DNA from: Thermotogota bacterium
GTDB lineage: Bacteria > Bipolaricaulota > Bipolaricaulia > UBA7950 > UBA9294
Length of the DNA stretch: 22,213 nt
NCBI GenBank assembly: GCA_039679545.1
Contig: JBDKUT010000142.1
Coordinates: forward strand, 1-22,213
Reading direction: 5' to 3'
The position numbers were made by a program, and so were the translations under genes. This document shows, in pieces, positions 15,813-22,213 of this stretch. The number at the start of each line of letters is the position of its first letter. Within the stretch, counting starts at the first letter, position 1. Under the pieces are notes generated by a model. That model ran no database searches, was not told where the DNA came from, and worked only from the letters and a program-made list of their open reading frames with translations.

Positions 15813-16409
15813 CTACCCGCCGCGGCACGAGCCCGGGTGGCTCGCGGGGCAAGACCGCGATCCCGCGGAGTGAGTTCCCTGGTTCCTCTCCGCTGCCGCG
15901 CACGGGATACACAGAAGCCGGCGGCCGACCTCTGGCCGCCGGGTCTCTATCCCCGGCTCGCCGCAGGCGGCACACAGCGCCGAGTGATGGAGTTGCGCCG
16001 CCGGCGGCGCGTCGACCGCCACCTCTCGGCACGACACCACATCCGCCTCCGGCGCCGCAAGGATCCAACGGATCTCGCCTTCGTGATCGTCGTGCAGATC
16101 TTCCGGCATGCCACGGCGGCGTCCGAGCACCCGGACCCCGCGGCCTGTCGTGCGCGCGAAAAACGTGTAAACATGCTTGCCGTAGTCGCGGAAGACAAGG
16201 TTCCCCTTGCCGAAGCTGCCGCCGGCCACGACTTGCACGGCATCGACGCCGCAGGCGTCGTTCTCGACGATCGCCCCCAGCTTCTCGTCTTCGGCACGTT
16301 CGCCCCCGAGAGCCCCCAGGGCCGCCGTGGTCATCCGGTACCCGATCACGAGCCCCGGGCAGCTGTGGCCGTGGAACCGCACGGCGTCGTCGTACGGGGA
16401 TGTTCTCAT
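15813..16409 (-). CDS. FmdE-family protein (formylmethanofuran dehydrogenase subunit E-like) with a C-terminal C4 zinc finger
   Basis: FHGHSCPGLVIG, ENDACGVDAVQ, FGKGNL..DYGK, CAACGE...LCIPC. Confidence 0.9.
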   Translation of the reverse strand: MRTSPYDDAVRFHGHSCPGLVIGYRMTTAALGALGGERAEDEKLGAIVENDACGVDAVQVVAGGSFGKGNLVFRDYGKHVYTFFARTTGRGVRVLGRRRGMPEDLHDDHEGEIRWILAAPEADVVSCREVAVDAPPAAQLHHSALCAACGEPGIETRRPEVGRRLLCIPCAAAERNQGTHSAGSRSCPASHPGSCRGG

Positions 16410-16427
16410 CGTCTTGTCCCGCGGGCG

Positions 16428-16763
16428 TTAGGCAATGATCTCATTCAAGCCGTCGACCAAGCGTTGGAGTTCCTCATCGGCCAGCGTCGCGATCAGGCCC
16501 TCGATTCTCTCTGTGGACAAGACCCGCACCTGGCCGATCTTCACCCACGACGGCTTCGGCATGTCGGTCACACTCAGCTCGAGTGTGAGCGGAAACCCGG
16601 CCTGCTGTGCTTGGCTGGTCACCGCCATGGCCATCGCGATCCCGGACCGCTCATTGAACACGTCATGACTGAGAACGACGACCGGACGTCTGCCTCCCTG
16701 TTCGCTGCCGCGAACTGGATTCAGATCTGCCCAGAGAATCTCGCCGCGCCGAACTCGCTTCAC
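16428..16763 (-). CDS. mazF: Type II toxin, PemK/MazF endoribonuclease
   Basis: [43 protein letters not shown]. The GTG start overlaps the antitoxin TGA (GTGA), with a GAGGAG SD. Confidence 0.93.
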   Translation of the reverse strand: MKRVRRGEILWADLNPVRGSEQGGRRPVVVLSHDVFNERSGIAMAMAVTSQAQQAGFPLTLELSVTDMPKPSWVKIGQVRVLSTERIEGLIATLADEELQRLVDGLNEIIA

Positions 16764-16989
16764 GCGTCCGGCTCCTCGAACATGCCTTCCTCGGCCATCG
16801 CTTGCTCGGCCCTCCGATCAAGTTTCGCGCACTCCTTGGCAAGCCGCGTTCGCTCGAGGCGCGCGAGCTTCTCTGCAACGGCCTCCTGAATCGCTCGCTC
16901 CGACTTGGGAACACCCTGTCGGCAACCAAGCGGTCCAGTCGCTTGAGGGTGCCTTTCTCGAGGCTCACAGCAACCTTCGCTGGTTTCAT
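16760..16989 (-). pseudogene. Ribbon-helix-helix (CopG-like) antitoxin split by a 1-nt deletion (true pseudogene or sequencing error)
   Basis: One frame gives [31 protein letters not shown] and another continues [36 protein letters not shown]. The junction reads CGG AGC GA GCG ATT; adding one base near 16896 restores a 76-aa ORF. Confidence 0.85.
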
Positions 16990-17001
16990 CAACCACCACC
17001 G

Positions 17002-17013
17002 GTATGACCATAC
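17002..17013 (-). promoter_or_regulatory. Palindromic operator overlapping the -10 box of the TA operon
   Basis: GTATG-AC-CATAC inverted repeat containing TATGGT on the - strand, just upstream of the antitoxin ATG. Confidence 0.55.
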
Positions 17014-17088
17014 ATCACACCGTCGTCGACGCCGCCGAGCCGTCTCGGCACCCCTACGCAGAACCGCGTTCCCGATACGAGTCACACC

Positions 17089-18045
17089 TCAGCGCGCCCG
17101 CCGCCGTTGGGCGACGAGCCGGTCGACCTCAAGCGGCTCGGGCTTCGTCGTATCGCGCACGAGCGACAGCGCACCCTTCGGGCACTTGGATATGCACACC
17201 CCGCACCCCATGCAGCGCGCCTCGTCGACGCGCACCGACGTCTCGCCCATCTCCAAGGCACCGAAGGGGCACGCCTTGACGCACGCGCCACAGCGGGCGC
17301 AAGACTGGGCGGCGACGCGGCTCACGTACCCGGACGACGCAAGCATCGGCGTCCCGTGCAGGAATGACTGCATCGCCCCGCAGCAGCAGGAACAGCAGTT
17401 GCAGATCGCGTAGAACCGCCCGAGCATCGCGTCCTTGAAAAAGGCGTGGTGGACATGGCCGCGCTCGTGTTCCGCCCGCAGGATCTCGACCGCCTCGGCT
17501 TGCGTGATCCTCCGCGACGTCTTCGGGTGACGCTCGGTGATGAAGCCCGCAAAGGGTTCTCCGACGATCAGGCACACGTCGAGCGGCAGGCACGGGGTCT
17601 CGCGCGCAGAGCGGCATGGACACTCGAGCGCCACAATGTGATCGGGGTGCTTGAGCACGATGTCGCGGGCCACAGGATACGGGATCACCTGCTCCAGCCC
17701 GCGCAGATCGAGGTCCATCCGAAGCGTCACCAGCCGCTCCGCCGCGTCGAGCGGCATGACCTTGCCGTGGTAGTGGTCGGCGAACGTGTCATGCCCAGGC
17801 GGCGTTTCGCCCTTCTTCCGGTACGCCATCCAGAGCCCAAGATAGGCGATGGGTCGCTTCCAAAACGGAGTCGACCGCGATCTGAGGGCCGTGCCGATGT
17901 ACTCGTACGGCCAGCGGCTGTAGACGTAGCCGTGCACGAAGTCGAGGAGCGAGTAGCCCTCGAGCTTCCGCCCCTCGCGGTAGAACGCCCGCGTCGACGG
18001 GCGGAGGACGCTCAGCCTCCACCGTCCCGATCGCTGCTCGGCCAT
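17089..18045 (-). CDS. 4Fe-4S dicluster-domain protein
   Basis: CPCR..C....C, ICNCCSCCCG, and C-terminal CARCGACVKACP and CMGCGVCISKCP. Start is ATG 18045 (GGAGG 8 nt upstream) or 18051. Confidence 0.92.
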   Translation of the reverse strand: MAEQRSGRWRLSVLRPSTRAFYREGRKLEGYSLLDFVHGYVYSRWPYEYIGTALRSRSTPFWKRPIAYLGLWMAYRKKGETPPGHDTFADHYHGKVMPLDAAERLVTLRMDLDLRGLEQVIPYPVARDIVLKHPDHIVALECPCRSARETPCLPLDVCLIVGEPFAGFITERHPKTSRRITQAEAVEILRAEHERGHVHHAFFKDAMLGRFYAICNCCSCCCGAMQSFLHGTPMLASSGYVSRVAAQSCARCGACVKACPFGALEMGETSVRVDEARCMGCGVCISKCPKGALSLVRDTTKPEPLEVDRLVAQRRRAR

Positions 18046-18050
18046 CTCCA

Positions 18051-18467
18051 TCACCTCCGGTCCATGGGCACGAACGGCGAGGGGTCGACCGGCGCTCCGA
18101 ACTCCTCTTCGGCGATCTTGAGCAAGAGCTTCCGGTGGCAGGGCTTGTCGTTCCCTTCGTAGCAGATGAGGAAGACGTCGTGCGTTCGCGCACGCTCGGC
18201 CAGTTCCGAGAGCCGCTCCGCCGCCTTCGGGTTCGCCGCGATCTCGGCGCGGAATCGCGCCTCATAGTTCGACCTAGCCCACGCGTAGTGGTACGCCGTC
18301 GGGTATCCCTCGCCGGGAGTGAACTTCCCCTTCCACTCGTTGAACTCGTCGAGCAGCTCTTTCGACGGCGCCAGCTCGTCGTTCCCCCGCCCGTGCATTA
18401 CAAGCACGTACTCCGCGTTCCGCGGAAGCTTGTCCTTCATCGAGAGGTACGTTTGCCGCAGCGCCAT
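18051..18467 (-). CDS. DUF488 family protein
   Basis: LAPSKELL..F, YEARFRAEI, VFLICYE....CHR.LL. GGGAGG SD. Confidence 0.85.
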   Translation of the reverse strand: MALRQTYLSMKDKLPRNAEYVLVMHGRGNDELAPSKELLDEFNEWKGKFTPGEGYPTAYHYAWARSNYEARFRAEIAANPKAAERLSELAERARTHDVFLICYEGNDKPCHRKLLLKIAEEEFGAPVDPSPFVPMDRR

Positions 18468-18482
18468 GACCGACCTCCCGGG

Positions 18483-19778
18483 CTACTCGCCCGATTCCGC
18501 GGGCTCCTCCGTCACCTGCGGGGCCTCGATCGGGACAGGTCCATTCACGTCGGAGAGTTCCATCGACCACAGCATCGAGCCCTTGTAGCCCTCGGCATCG
18601 ATCCCCTTCGCCGTGAAGACGTAGCGAACGGGATACCCTGCTTCGGCGATCCAGATGTCGTCGGAAGCCTTCTCCAGCGTGCCCTCCCACTCCGTCGCCC
18701 AATCCTTTGAGGAAGAGGAATAGTGACGCGCGGGGATCCCGTTCACCGTTTCGGTTCCCATGTACGTGGCGGAGCCCGCGACCCCTTGTGCCAGGTCTCC
18801 CCAGCTCATCGTCGGACCGAGCGCCAGGATCGCCGCACTGATCATGTCGGCAACCATCTGCGGAACCGACTGCCACTTGCCTCCCTCGAGCATCCACGCT
18901 TCCTCGCCGATTCGGATGACGCCGAACTCCTCTTCCGTCGCGAGGTCCTTCCACATCACCTGCTGGCGGTCGGAGCCGGCGACGGCGCCGCGCATCTCGA
19001 GCGACCCCGACTCGGGCTTGCCCTCGACCTCGCCGGTGAACGACAACACGGTGACGTACCGATAGCTCGTGAGGGCCGCCAACGCGTTCGCGGACTGCGC
19101 GAACAGCTCGTCCGGGGCTCCGGCGCCCTGGACGGATGGCACCGTCTGTGGAGTTGACTCGGGGACGGGAGTCGCGACCGGCGCCGTCGAGACGACGCCT
19201 CTAGGCGCTGACGTACCTTCCGCCGGCTCTGCCGACGACACGCCGGGGGCCGGAGGCGCCGCGGCGGGTTCGGTTGTCGCAGAGAGAGGAACTGACTGGC
19301 TTGCTGCCTCTGCTTCCGTCTGCACGGGCGTCGAAGCCGTAGCCGGCGGAGAGGGAGGGAGCGAGCTCGCTGTGGCAGGCGACGTCTGGGGAGCTGCAGG
19401 CTGAGGCGCCGCAGTCACCGGTCCTTCGGGCGCGGACGGCGGGGAAACGACCGCCGGTGTGGACGAAGTCGTCGTCGCCGCGGGCAGAACGGCGGAGGGC
19501 GTGGACGGAGCTGCCGGCAGAGCGGGGGGCAGCAACCCTGGGGCCTCCGCGGGAGGCGTTGCCGCGGGCTTCGTGCCCGGAGCCGGAGGCGTCGTCGCAG
19601 AGGTCCCGGACGTCGGCTTGGTCGGAGCGGGCGCCGCTGGCGCGGGCGCTACTGCCGTAGGAGTCTTGCTCGTCGCCGCGGGCTTGCGCGTCGACGTGCA
19701 GGCCGCCACCGTAAGTAGAAGCGCCAACGCAAGGACCGCGAGCGCCAGAACTGCGAACATCCGAGTTCGTTGTCTCAT
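18483..19778 (-). CDS. Lipoprotein with a long Pro/Ala/Thr linker and a C-terminal LolA/LppX-LprAFG-like beta domain
   Basis: Lipobox TVAAC, a low-complexity region of roughly 190 aa, then LTSYRY..GTETVNGIPARHY..IWIAEAGYPVRY..SDVNGPVPIEAP. Confidence 0.8.
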   Translation of the reverse strand: MRQRTRMFAVLALAVLALALLLTVAACTSTRKPAATSKTPTAVAPAPAAPAPTKPTSGTSATTPPAPGTKPAATPPAEAPGLLPPALPAAPSTPSAVLPAATTTSSTPAVVSPPSAPEGPVTAAPQPAAPQTSPATASSLPPSPPATASTPVQTEAEAASQSVPLSATTEPAAAPPAPGVSSAEPAEGTSAPRGVVSTAPVATPVPESTPQTVPSVQGAGAPDELFAQSANALAALTSYRYVTVLSFTGEVEGKPESGSLEMRGAVAGSDRQQVMWKDLATEEEFGVIRIGEEAWMLEGGKWQSVPQMVADMISAAILALGPTMSWGDLAQGVAGSATYMGTETVNGIPARHYSSSSKDWATEWEGTLEKASDDIWIAEAGYPVRYVFTAKGIDAEGYKGSMLWSMELSDVNGPVPIEAPQVTEEPAESGE

Positions 19779-19872
19779 CTCAACCCCCTATTCCCTTCCC
19801 AAGCTCGAAGAGCGGACCCACTCCGGTCGCGTCTCAGAGAGCGGCCTCCTCCCCGCGAGGCCTGAACTTCTT

Positions 19873-19902
19873 ACTCTAGCGGGATTCTCCCGCCCTCGAC
19901 AA
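19873..19902 (-). promoter_or_regulatory. Sigma70-like promoter with a palindromic spacer
   Basis: On the - strand, TTGTCG-18 nt-TAGAGT. The spacer contains GCGGGA-N3-TCCCGC (19879-19893). Confidence 0.5.
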
Positions 19903-19957
19903 CGCCTACGCCACCGGGCGGGTACAAGGAGCATGGCCGATCGTGTACCCTGCACCC

Positions 19958-20644
19958 ATGCAGAAGCGTGTCCTCGTGCTCGACAATTCGATCGATCGTG
20001 CCACGTACCGTCCGGCGGAGGAGTGGTCGCAGCACTTCGGCGACGTGCCGTTCGACGCGGTCCACGTTCCTTCCGGCGAGCCGATCCCGCCCCTCGACCG
20101 GTACACGCATCTCCTCGTGACCGGCTCTGAGGCGTCGGCCCGCCAGCCCGAGCCCCGGTTCGACGTGGAGGCCGACGTGGTGCGGGGAGCCGTGGATCGC
20201 GGCTTAGCGGTCCTGGGCAGCTGTTTCGGCCATCAGATGCTCGCGCGGGTGCTCTCCGGCCGCGAGTATGTCCGCCCGGCGCCGATCCCCGAACTCGGCT
20301 GGGTGGCGGTCGACATCCTCGAGCCCGATCCCCTGCTGGCGGGTCTTGTGACCCCGTGGCATGCGTTCGCCGCGCACCTCGACGAGGTCGTCGCCCCTCC
20401 CGCGCCGTGGCGCGTCCTCGCCGCCAACGACGCCTGCGCCGTCGAGGCGATGCGCTACGGAGATCGCCCCGTCTGGGGAATCCAGCCGCACCCCGAGACT
20501 CCCCCGGACCACGCGCGGGTGCTCATGCAGGCAGCGATTAGCCAGCATCCCGAGTACGAGCGTGAGATCCGGCAGGCGCTCGCCTCACCGGTCCGCGACG
20601 ACCGAACCGCCGCGAAGATCGTCGCTGCGTTCCTCGCGGCATAG
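19958..20644 (+). CDS. Class I glutamine amidotransferase (stand-alone, GMP-synthase-like GATase domain)
   Basis: VTGS, VLGSCFGHQ (nucleophile Cys), E.GW, WGIQPHPE (His-Glu). Confidence 0.92.
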   Translation: MQKRVLVLDNSIDRATYRPAEEWSQHFGDVPFDAVHVPSGEPIPPLDRYTHLLVTGSEASARQPEPRFDVEADVVRGAVDRGLAVLGSCFGHQMLARVLSGREYVRPAPIPELGWVAVDILEPDPLLAGLVTPWHAFAAHLDEVVAPPAPWRVLAANDACAVEAMRYGDRPVWGIQPHPETPPDHARVLMQAAISQHPEYEREIRQALASPVRDDRTAAKIVAAFLAA

Positions 20645-20789
20645 CGCGGCGCTTGTACCTCAACTCCCTGCGCCGCTCGCAGGGGGCAGGTCCCTCAACT
20701 TCCCGTGATGAGGAACTGAGGTACGCATCCCCTTCTCGCGACCACACGCGCTTCACAGCGTGCTCGCAGGCGCCGAGTATGGTGACGTC

Positions 20790-21731
20790 ATGGCCAAGAG
20801 ACAACGCATTCCCCGCCGATGGAGAGTCGCACTAGTGGTCGCAGGAGCGCTGGCTCTTGCCGTCGGCGGCCTCGCCCTCGCGCTCGTCCTCTCGACGCCC
20901 TCCCCGCCCGCCGCCCTCGCGTCGGCCGTTCCGCCCAAGGAGATCCCCGCCGGCTGGGTTTCATCCGAGGAGCCTGCCGCCGACGCTCTTGCGCCTCGCG
21001 CAGATGAACTCGCTCCCGGGTTGACCATGCCGTACGTCACCGCGGGAAGGCTCGCGCTCTTCGCGAACGGGAAGTCTTTCGGAGAAGAGACGTACGAGCT
21101 CCGCATCGCGGAAGAGGGGACCACGCTCACCTCGTCAGGCCGCTTCTGGTTCAAGGTCGTCCTCGCCACCGTCCGGGTCACCTTCGAGCAGACCCTGCAG
21201 GCGGACTCCAAACTCCGGCCTACCCTCTACGCCGCGCAGTTTCACGCGCCTTTGGGCATGGCTCGCAGCATTCGTGCGGCCGCCGCAGGCGACCGGTTCC
21301 TCGTCGAGCGGTCGGGAAAGGAGGAGGAGATCAAGATCGATCGAGACCGGGGTCTCACTCTGGGCACGTTCAGCACGTACGCCCTCCTGCCCCACCTGTT
21401 CACGCTGCGCCAGAGCGCCGGCTCAGCGTCGTTCGAGGTCCTCATGCTCGGCGGCCCCCCGAGCCAAGAGGCGGGCGTCGCCGCAGGCGCCCTTCCCGTC
21501 ATGACCGTGCAGTACGCCGGCCCGGCGCAGCTCGGCGCCGGGAAATCCGTCCTTGACGTCGACCGCTATCGCGTCTCGAGCACGCTTGGAGAAAGCGACC
21601 TGTATGCTCGCGGGGACGAGTTCCTCGCGTTCCGCGCCGGCAACGAAGACAACGTCCTGTGGGTCTACCGAGCCGACTTCTTCCCGAACGGCGTGGAGGT
21701 TGTAGGCGAGGTGCCGCCGGCCGCGCCCTAG
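20790..21731 (+). CDS. Membrane-anchored hypothetical protein with a beta-rich extracytoplasmic domain
   Basis: Basic N-terminus, TM helix, Pro linker, then amphipathic beta-strands (GEETYELRI..TTLTSSGRF); GC-rich third codon positions. Confidence 0.75.
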   Translation: MAKRQRIPRRWRVALVVAGALALAVGGLALALVLSTPSPPAALASAVPPKEIPAGWVSSEEPAADALAPRADELAPGLTMPYVTAGRLALFANGKSFGEETYELRIAEEGTTLTSSGRFWFKVVLATVRVTFEQTLQADSKLRPTLYAAQFHAPLGMARSIRAAAAGDRFLVERSGKEEEIKIDRDRGLTLGTFSTYALLPHLFTLRQSAGSASFEVLMLGGPPSQEAGVAAGALPVMTVQYAGPAQLGAGKSVLDVDRYRVSSTLGESDLYARGDEFLAFRAGNEDNVLWVYRADFFPNGVEVVGEVPPAAP

Positions 21732-21899
21732 GGTGTCAATGAGAGAGCGCGCTTGAGTTCCTCGAGACTCTCGAACTCGTGCAGCCTGAAGCCCTGGTCG
21801 GGAAACCCGAGACCGCGTACCGCCGCATGCGCTGCGCGGCCGATGCACTCCCCAGCCCCTCTGCCTGGTGTATCAAGCTCCAGGGGGCATGCCCGCCGG

Positions 21900-22213
21900 C
21901 TAGAACTCCGCGATCTCGAGCGGTGCGGCGCTTTGCGCCATGCGCCAGACGATCGACGTCCCCTTCGCCAGCCGGAAGGAGGTGAAGATCTCGTACCCGT
22001 ACTGCGCCACGACGGGCTTCAGGAACGTGAACACCTCGTCGAGGATCCGCTTCGTCACCGCAGCGTCGGCCACGCGCTCCATCTCGCCGCGCACGCGCAC
22101 CTGGACATCACTCTTCGCGTCCCAGTACTCGAGCTCGACCGAGCCACTCGCCACCAGTTGCTGGTGGACGTCCTTGCTGATGCCCGTGCAGAAGGTCAGC
22201 CCGACCGGCTCGA
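21900..22213 (-). CDS. Pyridoxamine 5'-phosphate oxidase-like FMN-binding protein; 5' end lies outside the window
   Basis: The frame is open to the edge: EPVGLTFCTGISKDVHQQLVASGSVELEYW..QVRVRGEME..FLK. Confidence 0.8.
   Translation of the reverse strand, partial: EPVGLTFCTGISKDVHQQLVASGSVELEYWDAKSDVQVRVRGEMERVADAAVTKRILDEVFTFLKPVVAQYGYEIFTSFRLAKGTSIVWRMAQSAAPLEIAEF

Noticed and set aside
16760..17011. 83-aa ORF from ATG 17011 as an intact antitoxin
   Set aside because: Its ATG lies inside the -10 box and operator and its N-terminal half is not RHH-like; the RHH sequence is in the other frame from 16989.
19120..19690. Repetitive-looking DNA in the lipoprotein gene (also 2280-2440)
   Set aside because: It reflects Pro/Ala/Thr low-complexity linkers with no regular period, so it is not a CRISPR array or true tandem repeat.

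Overview
GC-rich bacterial chromosomal segment with about 20 protein genes and no rRNA, tRNA, CRISPR array, integrase or transposase that I can support. The gene content suggests an anaerobe with many envelope lipoproteins; an uncultured lineage such as Ca. Bipolaricaulota is only a guess. In order: a truncated PKD+caspase-like (C14) lipoprotein, a ~180-nt rod-shaped 6S-RNA-like element, a coiled-coil/Ig lipoprotein, DOMON protein 1, a DHA2 MFS exporter, a membrane protein, a NucA-type endonuclease, a beta-barrel+DUF4097-like fusion, a CHASE4-HAMP-PAS-GGDEF cyclase, a membrane pyrophosphatase (hppA), DOMON protein 2, an ABC exporter flanked by two paralogous 4-TM proteins, an FmdE-family protein, a MazF toxin with a frameshifted RHH antitoxin, a 4Fe-4S protein, a DUF488 protein, a Pro/Ala-rich lipoprotein, a class I glutamine amidotransferase, an anchored hypothetical protein and a partial PNPOx-like protein. 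The most notable points are the candidate 6S-like RNA, the DOMON paralog that has lost both heme ligands, the broken antitoxin beside an intact toxin, the paralogous membrane proteins around the ABC exporter, a shared promoter in front of two surface proteins, and signs of leaderless transcription. All family calls come from motif recognition by eye; no database searches were run.
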